Positions 9,784-18,857 of a DNA stretch of 64,000 nucleotides are shown piece after piece. Position 1 is the stretch's first letter; the number at the start of each line of letters is the position of its first letter. The stretch is from Armatimonadota bacterium (GTDB lineage: Bacteria > Armatimonadota > SYMT01). Location: positions 64,001-128,000 of the forward strand of contig JAWLHY010000015.1 in assembly GCA_041690135.1 (NCBI GenBank), given 5' to 3'. Position numbers and translations under genes: made by a program. The notes beneath the pieces are model-generated. The model had not been told where the DNA came from. It worked only from the letters and a program-made list of their open reading frames with translations, and searched no databases.

Positions 9784-10944
9784 ATGCCCACCTACGAAGC
9801 CCATCTTCACCCACTTCGTGCTGCCGCCGAGCGGGTGGCGCAGAACGTAGCCGTGCAATTCCGTGAGGAGGTAGACCGCGACAGCCGGTGGCCGGCGGAA
9901 AGCATGCGGGCACTGGCCGAGGCGGGCCTCATGGGCCTGCACGTGCCGCGTTCCCTGGGGGGCCACGGCGAAGGCTTGACCGCGCTGGTGCTGGTATGCG
10001 AGGCGCTGGGACGCGAGTGCCCCTCCTCCGGGCTCTGTTTTGGAATGCATTGCGTCGGGACGGCGGTCATCGCGGCCAAGGCCACCCAGTATCAACAGGA
10101 GCACTACCTGCGACCGATCGCCGCGGGCCGGCACATCACCACCCTGGCCCTGAGCGAGGCGGGCACGGGCGGCCACTTCTATCTGCCGCTGACCCAGTTG
10201 CAAGGGGAGGGTGAGGAGTTCATCCTCGAGGGGGAGAAGCACTTCGTCACCAACGGTGCGCACGCCGACTCCTATGTCGTCTCCGTGGCCGCCGGGGGCG
10301 ATACGGGTACCGGACAGTTCAGTTGTGTCCTGGTCGACCGCGACCTACCCGGGCTTTCCTGGGGTGATGCCTGGCACGGGTTCGGGATGCGGGGCAACGA
10401 GTCGCGGCGGATGCGACTGGACCGGGTGCGGGTGCACCAGCGAAACCTCCTGGGCGAAGTAGGCGACCAGGTCTGGTATGTCTTCGAGGTGGTCGCTCCT
10501 TTCTTCCTGATGGCGATGTCGGGCACCTACCTGGGAGTCGCGGGAGCGGCGCTCGACCTGGCGACCGAACATCTCAAGACACGCACGTATAGCCACTCCG
10601 GCGAGCGTCTCTCCGGCCAACCGGTCCTCCAGCACCGGCTCGCCGAGTTGTGGATCAAGCTCCGCCGCACGCGCGCGCTCGTGTATGAGGCGGCCCATCT
10701 GGGTGACGAGGGCAACCCCGCGGCGCTGGTCCCGATCCTCGCCGCCAAGGCCGATGTCGCGGAGATGGCGACCGAAGTGACCAATGAAGCCATGACCCTG
10801 TGCGGCGGAGCCGCCTACGCCGAGAACTCACTCCTTGCGCGCTATTTGCGAGATGCACGCGCCGCGCACGTTATGGCGCCGACCACCGATATGTTGAAGA
10901 CCTGGGCGGGTCGGGCGCTCCTGGGCGAGCCGCTGCTGCAGTGA
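9784..10944 (+). CDS. Acyl-CoA dehydrogenase family protein
   Basis: TLALSEAGTGG, GEKHFVTNG, GMRGNES, AMTLCGGAAY, RYLRDARA. Confidence 0.92.
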   Translation: MPTYEAHLHPLRAAAERVAQNVAVQFREEVDRDSRWPAESMRALAEAGLMGLHVPRSLGGHGEGLTALVLVCEALGRECPSSGLCFGMHCVGTAVIAAKATQYQQEHYLRPIAAGRHITTLALSEAGTGGHFYLPLTQLQGEGEEFILEGEKHFVTNGAHADSYVVSVAAGGDTGTGQFSCVLVDRDLPGLSWGDAWHGFGMRGNESRRMRLDRVRVHQRNLLGEVGDQVWYVFEVVAPFFLMAMSGTYLGVAGAALDLATEHLKTRTYSHSGERLSGQPVLQHRLAELWIKLRRTRALVYEAAHLGDEGNPAALVPILAAKADVAEMATEVTNEAMTLCGGAAYAENSLLARYLRDARAAHVMAPTTDMLKTWAGRALLGEPLLQ

Positions 10945-10960
10945 GAGAAGCGACAAGCCG

Positions 10961-13900
10961 ATGACTGTTGCGGCCCCTCCCACCGTCCTGCTGGTCGACT
11001 CACCCACTCAACCCGTACGCTCCACCGTGGAGCAAGCGCTGCGGGGAAGGCTGGTGGCGCTGACGCGGGTGCAAAATGCGGAAGAGGCGCTGGCGTGGCT
11101 GCGCTGCCAGGATCCGGCGGACCCCGGTCCGGCCGCGGCGCTGATCGCTCCGGGAGCGGATTGGCCGCTGGCCATCGCCCGCCAACTCCGAAAGGCCGCT
11201 CCGGACATGCGGCTCGTCTTCCTCACCGAAAGCGCGGAAGGCGAGCCTCTCCGGCGCTCATTGCTCTTTGAGCCGCTCCTGGGCGCCGCCTGGGACATCG
11301 TCGCCCTCTCCGACCCTGCCCAACTGGGACAGCGGCTGGAGGAGATCGTGCGCGCCGCGGAAAGGCAGCGGAGCCACCGGGCCACTCTGGCCCGTTTGAG
11401 CACGCAGATTGCCGGGTTTCAGGCGCCTCCCCTGCGTGAGCGCCTGGTCCTTGCTGAAAGCCACCTGGCTACCCTGCTGGCATTTGCCGATGAGCCGATC
11501 GTTGCCACCGATCCGGCGGGCCGGGTGGTCTCCTGGAACGCCGCGGCGGAACGGGTGCTGGGGGTCCGCGCCACAGAGGCGGAAGGGCAACTCCTGAGCG
11601 ACCTGCTCCAACTCGATCCGGTCCGGCCGGATGAAACCGAAGTGCGGCAACTCCTCGACCAGGTCCGCCAGGCGAGCGAACCGCGTGTGCTGGAACGCTC
11701 CTGGCGTTCTCCGCGCGCGGGCGCTTCCACGATGGAGGTGGAGATCCGGCTCGCACCGATTTTCGGACCCCAGGGCGAGTTCCTCGGAGCCCTGGGGCGG
11801 GTTACCGATGTAACGGCACGGAAGCGCCGTGAACGGGCACTTCAGGCGCAACTCGCCGTAACCCGCCTCCTGGCCAGCGCACCCGCCCAGCCCGAGACTC
11901 TCGCCCACATCCTTGCCTCCGTTTGTGAATGCCTGGGGTGGAGTTGGGGAGAGTTGTGGGAACCCGACGAAGCGGAGTCCTTACTGCGCTGCACGGCTGT
12001 GTGGCACGCGGAAGCGGCCCCTCTCCTCGGCTTCTCTGCGGTCACGGAGTCCTGCCGGCTCCAGCGCGGTGAAGGCCTCCCCGGACGTGCCTGGGAGAGC
12101 GGACAGCCCGTATGGGTATCCGAAGTGGCCCAGGAAGAAAACTTTCCCCGGGCGGATGCGGCCACCGCCGCGGGTTTCCATGGGGCCTTTGCGTTTCCCG
12201 TACGGGCGAACGACGAAACCCTCGCCGTGCTCTGCTTCCTTTCCACTCAAAACGAACCGTCCGACCCGGAATTGCTGCAGGCTCTGGCCGCCATCAGTCA
12301 GCAGATCGGACAGTTCATGATCCGCAGCCGGGCAGAGGCGACCCTGCGTTTCCTCGCGGAAGTGAGTGAAGTCCTCGCCGCTTCGCTGGAGTTCGACGTC
12401 ACTCTCGCGAGACTCACGGACCTGACCGTCCCCTTCCTCGCCGACTGCTGCTACGTCGATATCCTCGAGCGGGATGGTTCGATCCGGCGAGTCGCCGCGG
12501 CGCACGTCGATCCGCGGCAAAAGCCGCTTCTGGATGAGTTACGCGCCCGCTACACGCCCACACAGGACTCGCCCGCGCCCGCGGGGCAGGTGCTGCGCAG
12601 CGGCAAGCCGGTCTACTTCCCGCGGGTGGACCCGGCGATCGTGACCGCCGGTACCCTTGATACCGAACATGCCGGCCTGGTGCACCGGCTCCAGGTTTCC
12701 TCCCACATCAGTGTGCCGATGCCGGCGCGCGGCGAGATCATCGGGGTCATCAACCTGACCCGCACCCAGGGCCGGCACTATACGTTGCAAGACCTCCAAA
12801 CGGCGGAGGAACTGGCCCGACGCGCGGGGATGGCAGTGGACAACGCGCGTCTCTATCAGGAAGCGCGCGCGTTGGAGCGCGAACTGCGTCAGCGCGCGGA
12901 GGAACTCCTTCGGGCGGGGGAAGCTAAGGATGTCTTCCTCGCGATGCTGGCCCACGAACTGCGCAACCCACTGGCCCCGATCCAGAATGCCGCGGAAGTC
13001 CTGCGCGCGCGCGGGGGCGACGCCCTGGCGCGGACGGGACAGGTCATCGAACGAAACGTGCAGCACCTCACCCGCATCGTCGATGACCTGCTGGACGTGT
13101 CGCGGATTACCCGCGGCCAGATCGAGCTCCGCCGGGAGCCGGTCGACCTGGCCGCGGTGGTCCAGGAGGCGGTGGAAATCAGCCGTCCACTTATTGCCGA
13201 GCGCCAGCACCGGCTTTCCGTCTCCACTCCGCGGCGCCCCGTCACCCTGTACGCCGATCCCACGCGGTTGGGGCAGGTCATCGCCAACCTCTTGAATAAT
13301 GCTGCGAAGTACACAGAGCCCGGCGGAGAGATCCGGCTGAGCGCCGCGGCAGAGGGGGAGCAGGCGGTGATCCGTGTGAGCGACACCGGCGTCGGCATCC
13401 CGCAGGAGATGTTGCCGCGGATCTTCGAGCTGTTCACCCAGGTGAACCCCACGCTGGACCGCTCCCAGGGCGGTCTTGGTCTCGGCCTCACGCTGGTGAG
13501 AAGCCTCGTGGAAATGCACGGCGGCACCGTGGAGGCTCACAGCGCGGGGCCGGGTCGGGGAAGCGAGTTCCTCATCCGTCTTCCCGCACTCCCCGAAACC
13601 CGAACGGCTAGGACAACGCAGAGGGATACCCACTCCCAGGCCGGAGAGCCGGCACAGAAGCTGTGCATCCTGGTCGTGGACGATAATGTGGACGCCGCAG
13701 AGACCCTCGCCGAAGTACTGGAACTCTGGGGACACCAGACAGACCTGGCTTTCGACGGGCCCTCTGCCCTACGGCATCTGCGGGACACCCGCCCGGACGT
13801 GGTCCTGCTGGATATCGGGCTTCCCCACATGAGCGGTTATGAAGTGGCCGCTCACCTACGCGGTGAACGAGATGTGCCGCAGCCGGTGCTGGTCGCGCTC

Positions 13901-14035
13901 ACGGGCTACGGGCAGGAAGAAGACCGGCGTCGCACCCAGGAAGCGGGCTTCGATCACCACCTGGTGAAGCCCGTCAACCTGGATCACCTGCGCGAAATTC
14001 TCCTGGCAGCAACGCAACGAACGATCCGCGAGTGA
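10961..14035 (+). CDS. Hybrid sensor histidine kinase (REC-like, PAS, GAF, GAF, HisKA, HATPase, REC)
   Basis: FLAMLAHELRNPL, NLLNNAAKYT, GGLGLGL, LLDIGLPHMSG; begins 16 nt after the acyl-CoA dehydrogenase. Confidence 0.93.
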   Translation: MTVAAPPTVLLVDSPTQPVRSTVEQALRGRLVALTRVQNAEEALAWLRCQDPADPGPAAALIAPGADWPLAIARQLRKAAPDMRLVFLTESAEGEPLRRSLLFEPLLGAAWDIVALSDPAQLGQRLEEIVRAAERQRSHRATLARLSTQIAGFQAPPLRERLVLAESHLATLLAFADEPIVATDPAGRVVSWNAAAERVLGVRATEAEGQLLSDLLQLDPVRPDETEVRQLLDQVRQASEPRVLERSWRSPRAGASTMEVEIRLAPIFGPQGEFLGALGRVTDVTARKRRERALQAQLAVTRLLASAPAQPETLAHILASVCECLGWSWGELWEPDEAESLLRCTAVWHAEAAPLLGFSAVTESCRLQRGEGLPGRAWESGQPVWVSEVAQEENFPRADAATAAGFHGAFAFPVRANDETLAVLCFLSTQNEPSDPELLQALAAISQQIGQFMIRSRAEATLRFLAEVSEVLAASLEFDVTLARLTDLTVPFLADCCYVDILERDGSIRRVAAAHVDPRQKPLLDELRARYTPTQDSPAPAGQVLRSGKPVYFPRVDPAIVTAGTLDTEHAGLVHRLQVSSHISVPMPARGEIIGVINLTRTQGRHYTLQDLQTAEELARRAGMAVDNARLYQEARALERELRQRAEELLRAGEAKDVFLAMLAHELRNPLAPIQNAAEVLRARGGDALARTGQVIERNVQHLTRIVDDLLDVSRITRGQIELRREPVDLAAVVQEAVEISRPLIAERQHRLSVSTPRRPVTLYADPTRLGQVIANLLNNAAKYTEPGGEIRLSAAAEGEQAVIRVSDTGVGIPQEMLPRIFELFTQVNPTLDRSQGGLGLGLTLVRSLVEMHGGTVEAHSAGPGRGSEFLIRLPALPETRTARTTQRDTHSQAGEPAQKLCILVVDDNVDAAETLAEVLELWGHQTDLAFDGPSALRHLRDTRPDVVLLDIGLPHMSGYEVAAHLRGERDVPQPVLVALTGYGQEEDRRRTQEAGFDHHLVKPVNLDHLREILLAATQRTIRE

Positions 14036-14070
14036 GGCGATCCGCGAGTGAGGCGATCCGCGAATGAGGC
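14022..14070. repeat. 16-bp tandem repeat x3 over the kinase stop codon
   Basis: CGATCCGCGAGTGAGG x2 followed by CGATCCGCGAATGAGG. Confidence 0.85.
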
Positions 14071-14347
14071 GAATCAGGCGAGGGGGTGCGTCGCGGTAAC
14101 TCGTTAAAGGTAGAAATCACCACGGAGCACACAGGCTTGTCCCTATGGGAGCGCACGGAGGGGAAGTAGGGTCGGTTCGCTGTCGCCGACCAGGATATTG
14201 CCCGCGCACTCGGCATGCATACCGGTAGCATCCTTTAACCTGAACCCACCCCCCGGCACCGAAATGCTCCCTACCTGTAACCCGCGGGAGTGGCAGCCCG
14301 TCCAGTTGAGCGTACGACAAGTTCGGTTCAACCTGGGAGGACACGGC

Positions 14348-14839
14348 ATGCGTTGGGCTCACCGCAGGTGTTACTGGTGGCTGTCGCTCCTTACGATCAC
14401 CGCAACCACCGCCGCGGTGGACGCCCGGCTCATCCGCGCCTGGTCGGCGGCGGACCTCTGGAAGGAAGCCGACCTGGTGGTGGTCGCGACGGTGAAAACC
14501 AGCACCCGCGACGATCTCCAGTCGAAACTGGCAAACCCCAATCCCCCGCTGTGGGTTCCGGTGCGCACCACCTTCGACGTCCTGGCGGTGGCGCAGGGAA
14601 AGCTGGAGAGCAAGACCCTCACCTTGCGCCACTTCCGGCTGAAGAACCCCCGGCAAATTCCGCCGAACGCCCCCGGCTTCGTTCACTTCAACTCCACCCA
14701 GCGAAGCGAGTACCTGCTGTTCCTGAAGCGGTCCGGGGACCACTGGGAGGCGCTCACCGGCCAGTGGGACCCCGAGTACGCGGTAAAGGAACTGCGTCAT
14801 TACCAGTCCGGCCCGCCTCCCGGCGACCGGGATCCCTAA
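14348..14839 (+). CDS. Hypothetical secreted protein
   Basis: GGAGG SD before ATG 14348; signal-like N-terminus followed by a beta-rich body (ADLVVVATV...YLLFLKR). Confidence 0.7.
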   Translation: MRWAHRRCYWWLSLLTITATTAAVDARLIRAWSAADLWKEADLVVVATVKTSTRDDLQSKLANPNPPLWVPVRTTFDVLAVAQGKLESKTLTLRHFRLKNPRQIPPNAPGFVHFNSTQRSEYLLFLKRSGDHWEALTGQWDPEYAVKELRHYQSGPPPGDRDP

Positions 14840-14924
14840 ACGAACCGCGGAATTGTGGAACCGTTTGGACCCGAGAGCTGGCCCAGACCGGCATATCGCA
14901 AGAAACACTGGACCACACCCCGCG

Positions 14925-15120
14925 CCGCCCCTGAACGGGCGGCCTCTAGAAACGCACGCTGCCCACATCCGTGGGCGCTCGTCTCAGGTTTAAGACGGCG
15001 GTGGAGAACCCCCATTCAGCGTGGGAACCCATCCTGGCCTTGCGCCCGGTCGGCGCGTAGGCGTGCCCACGGAGGTGGGCACTGTGCGGTACCGGAGCGC
15101 AGGGGTTTAGCCCTGCGCAA
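14925..15120. repeat. Dispersed ~200-bp REP/MITE-like element, copy 2
   Basis: Homologous to 8687-8902, same orientation. Confidence 0.85.
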
Positions 15121-15163
15121 GGGTGCCGTACCGGAGCGCAGCGCATGCGTCCGTCTGGTGGGA

Positions 15164-15565
15164 TCAGCCCTGGGGCGGGAAATACTCCACGTGCTCCTCA
15201 CCCGTTCGGCCGGAGTAGACCACGCGCCGCCCGTCGAGGTAGACGACATAGCCGATACACCCCGCCTTCCGGGCGCGCACGAGGAACTCCGGATAGGGAA
15301 GCCCCTCTTGCTGGGATGCCTTGACGGCCGCGGCCATCTGTCCGGCGGAGAACTCCGTGGCGATTTCCACGGCGGGCATGGGAAGCGCTCCCACGTGCGA
15401 TTCGCCGCTGCGGAGGTAGCAGGTCTTCTCGGAGCGCAGAAAGTCGGCGTGGTAGTGCGTTACCCCTACTTCGCCCAGGGCCTTGAGCACGTCGGGAAAA
15501 CGCATGGTGCCTTCGAGTGAGCCGCGTCCGCAGCGTTCAATCACTTCGGTGGTACGGGGGTCCAT
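15164..15565 (-). CDS. DUF1398-like protein
   Basis: MDPRTTEVIERCGRGSLEGTMRFPDVLKALGEVGVTHYHADF...YPEFLVRARKAGCIGYVVYLDGRRVVYSGRTGEEHVEYFP; GAAAGGA SD. Confidence 0.8.
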   Translation of the reverse strand: MDPRTTEVIERCGRGSLEGTMRFPDVLKALGEVGVTHYHADFLRSEKTCYLRSGESHVGALPMPAVEIATEFSAGQMAAAVKASQQEGLPYPEFLVRARKAGCIGYVVYLDGRRVVYSGRTGEEHVEYFPPQG

Positions 15566-15593
15566 TTCTCTGTCCTTTCGGTGGGGGAACTTC

Positions 15594-16052
15594 TCAATCG
15601 ATCGGGATGGTCTTGAGCCCGTGATGGACGACCAGCTCCTGCAGGATTTCCAGCAGTTGGCCACGCTGCTCGGCGTCGAGGTGTCCGAAGAACTCGGCGT
15701 CGTTCTCGTCGGCCAGTTGCGCCAGGCGGGGCACGAGCGCGCTCCCCGCGGGCGTCAAAGCGATCCAATGGGAGCGCCGGTCCGTCTCGCTGGCCGTGCG
15801 CTCGACGAGCCCCTTCTCGACCAGGCGGTCGACGAGCTTCGAGATCGCTCCGCGGGTCATGCCGAGCCGGTCGGCCACCGCACTGGGGACCGTTTGCCCC
15901 GTGCAGAGTAGCTCGCGCAACACCACCCACTCCGCCACCGTCACGCCCTCCGCCTCCAGCTTGCGGCGAAAGGCATACGATACGTGGTTGGACACGAACC
16001 GGAGCCAGTAGCCGAGATGGGCCGTGAGTGGATTGACCTCCGAGATCTCCAT
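15594..16052 (-). CDS. MarR family transcriptional regulator
   Basis: GVTVAEWVVL, PSAVADRLGMTRGAISKLVDRLVEKGLVER, DRRSHWIALT. Confidence 0.93.
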   Translation of the reverse strand: MEISEVNPLTAHLGYWLRFVSNHVSYAFRRKLEAEGVTVAEWVVLRELLCTGQTVPSAVADRLGMTRGAISKLVDRLVEKGLVERTASETDRRSHWIALTPAGSALVPRLAQLADENDAEFFGHLDAEQRGQLLEILQELVVHHGLKTIPID

Positions 16053-16068
16053 CAACACCTCCCGCAGA

Positions 16069-16115
16069 CTGGTTTCCTTGGAAACTATATGGAGTATAGC
16101 TTCCTAGGAAACTAT
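16069..16115. promoter_or_regulatory. Two palindromic operators, probable MarR autoregulatory sites
   Basis: GTTTCC-TT-GGAAAC (16072-16085) and ATAGCTTCC-TA-GGAAACTAT (16096-16115) just upstream of marR. Confidence 0.65.
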
Positions 16116-16131
16116 CGTCAAGTCCGTCACC

Positions 16132-16345
16132 CCGTACCAGCCCCCGTTTCCCAGGTCCCCAACCTTCAACCCCTGGCCCCCGAGGGGGGCTTCAGCCTTC
16201 AACCTTCCAACCTGCAACTCAGATCCCACCCGCGCCAAACCGTACCAGCCCCCGTACCCCGGGTTCCCAACCTTCCAACTTTCAACCTGCCAACCTTTAG
16301 CCCCCGAGGGGGGCTTCAACTCAGATCCCAATCCCGCCAAACCGT
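16132..16345. repeat. Tandem ~108-bp degenerate repeat with GCCCCCGAGGGGGGC hairpins
   Basis: CCGTACCAGCCCCCGT, GCCCCCGAGGGGGGCTTCA and CAACTCAGATCCCA each occur twice. Confidence 0.8.
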
Positions 16346-16357
16346 AGCAGCTACGGG

Positions 16358-16792
16358 CTACACGACGCAGAACTCATTCCCCTCGGGGTCCTGCATCACC
16401 ACCCAGCGGCCCCCGAACTCCTCGCCCTCGCGAATCCGGGTGGCGCCCAGCGCGGTGAGCCGCTCCACTTCCGCGTCGATGCGGGCGTTCCGTTCGTCCG
16501 CGGGCGCCTCCCGTGGGCCGCCGACTTCGATATCGAGGTGGACCCGGTTCTTGCCGGTCTTGGGAGTGGCCACCTGCTGAAAATAGATCCGCGGCCCGGC
16601 CCCCTCGGGATCGACCACGGCCGAGGCGGAGTTCCACTGGTCCTCCGGGATATTCCACGCCTTCAGGGCCTCCTGCCACGAGGCGAACCCTTCCGGCGGG
16701 TCTTGCAGCTTGTAGCCCAACGCCGCCGCCCAGAACCGGGCCAGGCGGTCCGGGTCGGCGCAATCGAACACGACTTGGATGCGGGTTGCCAT
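16358..16792 (-). CDS. VOC/glyoxalase family protein
   Basis: VVFDCADPDRLARFWAAALGY, KNRVHLDI, MQDPEGNEFCV. Confidence 0.92.
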   Translation of the reverse strand: MATRIQVVFDCADPDRLARFWAAALGYKLQDPPEGFASWQEALKAWNIPEDQWNSASAVVDPEGAGPRIYFQQVATPKTGKNRVHLDIEVGGPREAPADERNARIDAEVERLTALGATRIREGEEFGGRWVVMQDPEGNEFCVV

Positions 16793-16795
16793 CGG

Positions 16796-17908
16796 TCAAG
16801 TCTCCTCGAGGAGTTGGGGACACAGGGAGTAACTGGTGCTGCGCCCGGCCGCGTCCTGAACGAGCACCCCGCGATCGATCAGGCCCTGGATGTCCCGCAG
16901 CGCCGTATCGTGCGAGCATTTGGCTAACTGGGACCACTTCCGGGTCGTGAGTTTGCCGTGGAAGCCGTCCAGAAGACGGTTCAACATCAGGCGCTGGCGA
17001 TCACTCAGGCTCGTGCCCGCCAGGGCGCGCCAGAAGCGGGCCTTCCGCAATACCGCCGCCAGTACCCCCTCCGTGCCGACGATGGCGCGCTCCAGGCAGC
17101 CCAGGAACCAGACCAGCCACTCCGTGATGTCCAGGTCGCCCTTCTGGGTCCACTCCAGGGCCTGGTAGTACTCGTTCCGCTCGATGCGGATCTGGGCCGA
17201 CATGCTGTAGAAGCGATCCGGCGACCCTTCCGATCGGGCCAGGGCCATGTCCGCGATGGCCCGGGCGATGCGGCCGTTCCCATCGTCGAACGGATGGATC
17301 GTTACGAACCAGAGGTGGGCTATCGCCGCCCGCAAGACCGGGTCCGTGCCGTCGGGAGCTTCGAACCAGCCCAGGAATCTCGCCATCTCCGCATCCAGCC
17401 GGGACGCATCCGGGGCCACGTAGTGCACGCGCTCGCGACCGATCGGGCCTGAAACGACCTGCATCGGCCCTCTGCTGTCGTCGCGCCACGCCCCCACGCG
17501 CACGCGGTGCATGCCGCTGAAGCCCGTGGGGAACAGGGCCGCGTGCCACCCGAAGAGCCGCTCGGCGGTCAACGGCGCATCATAGCGCCGGGTCGCATCC
17601 AGCGCCATCTCCACGACCCCTTCCACAGCCCGGTCCACGGGAGCTACTGAGCCGGCGTCCATTCCCAGGCGACGCGCGATGGACGAGCGGACCTGGCTTC
17701 GGTCCAACTGCTCCCCCTCGATCTCACTGGACTTCTGAACCTCCTCGGTCAACGTCTCCAGCAGCGCGGTGTCCCGCAGCGGAAAGCCGAGTGGCTCCAT
17801 CCGGCCGAGCAGTACTCCCTGCCGGAGCCGCACGCTGGCCAGCGGTTTCTGAAGGGCCGCCCAGTCCCAGCGGAACTCGGGCCAATCGGCGCGCTCGTGG
17901 ATGTACAT
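16796..17908 (-). CDS. Fic family protein (DUF4172-like N-terminus, Fic domain, HTH)
   Basis: MYIHERADWPEFRWD start; complete Fic motif HPFDDGNGRIARA; C-terminal HDTALRDI...GRSTSY. Confidence 0.93.
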   Translation of the reverse strand: MYIHERADWPEFRWDWAALQKPLASVRLRQGVLLGRMEPLGFPLRDTALLETLTEEVQKSSEIEGEQLDRSQVRSSIARRLGMDAGSVAPVDRAVEGVVEMALDATRRYDAPLTAERLFGWHAALFPTGFSGMHRVRVGAWRDDSRGPMQVVSGPIGRERVHYVAPDASRLDAEMARFLGWFEAPDGTDPVLRAAIAHLWFVTIHPFDDGNGRIARAIADMALARSEGSPDRFYSMSAQIRIERNEYYQALEWTQKGDLDITEWLVWFLGCLERAIVGTEGVLAAVLRKARFWRALAGTSLSDRQRLMLNRLLDGFHGKLTTRKWSQLAKCSHDTALRDIQGLIDRGVLVQDAAGRSTSYSLCPQLLEET

Positions 17909-17945
17909 CTCTGTCCCTGGAGGACCTCCTGCGTCGATTATACCG

Positions 17946-17976
17946 CCTAATCTACGCATGTCATGCGTAGATTAGG
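17946..17976. promoter_or_regulatory. Perfect 15-bp-arm palindrome upstream of fic (probable operator)
   Basis: CCTAATCTACGCATG-T-CATGCGTAGATTAGG. Confidence 0.6.
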
Positions 17977-18099
17977 GCTGCTATTCTACGCATCCGACCG
18001 GCAGCAGAAGATCCTTTCGAGCTAACGAAATAGCCACAGGGCAGTTCGGGAGGCCACGACTCGCAACGGGATGAAATCAGTGTCGCTACCTAACCCTCC

Positions 18100-18132
18100 G
18101 AGGTCAGTGCCTGCGCAGGCACTGACCTCTTT
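18100..18132 (+). terminator. Perfect 30-bp palindrome followed by TTT
   Basis: GAGGTCAGTGCCTGC|GCAGGCACTGACCTC-TTT. Confidence 0.5.
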
Positions 18133-18603
18133 CACAAACTCGGTCGCAACATGAAACCCGATGATGGAGAGCCCTGATGATCGTGTGCCCAGTCACAACA
18201 TCCACCGTGGGCCGATTCATCTCTTGAATGGGCCAGCGAACGCGGGCTTCGGGCCAGGGCAGCTTCCGGACGTCTACCGGCCCGCTCCGAGGGATCCTGT
18301 AGGCAAGCCCCGCACTACTTGCGGCAGCACACTACGTGATGCACGATGTCGAGTTCGAGACGGACAGCCCAGAGAAGCAGAAGGTATGGGACTGGCTCTC
18401 TGAGGTCATCAGCCACGGGATGTATGGCTCACCGCTCACAACGTTCGCCCAGTAGTGGCAGAGTAAGAGCAGGCCGTTGCTCAGATGTAGCACCAGCAAT
18501 CCATCCCCAGCCCTGAAGCCAACCGGGCTGAAGAAGCAACCTCTGAGGACCGACCTTCCAAGTGTACCGTCGTGCTTACGTCGCTACTCGGACGGAGTAG
18601 CGG

Positions 18604-18795
18604 ATGGACAAGAAGCAGCCGACCAGGTTCCGCCAAGGCCCGGAGGCCCCGGAACTGCCGCGTTGGTTGTCCTGGCTCTACGGCGTAAGCCAGACAGCGG
18701 TGCTGGAAATGACCATTCGCGAAACGGCACGCCGAGAGCGGAGTGAGGCTTCGACAGGGCAACCGCGATTTTGGCAGACGCCTTCGCGCGACTGA
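18604..18795 (+). CDS. Small ribbon-helix-helix-like protein, possibly degenerate
   Basis: GGAG SD; MDKKQPTRFR...YGVSQTAVLEMTIRE fits an RHH strand-helix-helix pattern. Confidence 0.45.
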   Translation: MDKKQPTRFRQGPEAPELPRWLSWLYGVSQTAVLEMTIRETARRERSEASTGQPRFWQTPSRD

Positions 18796-18857
18796 TGTCT
18801 CGGTGGCTCGTTCGACCAGCGCCGGCGAACAGCACTAACCAAGTCAGGGCTGACACG

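Noticed and set aside
14022-14070. Possible CRISPR array
   Set aside because: Contiguous 16-bp tandem units with no spacers and no cas genes.
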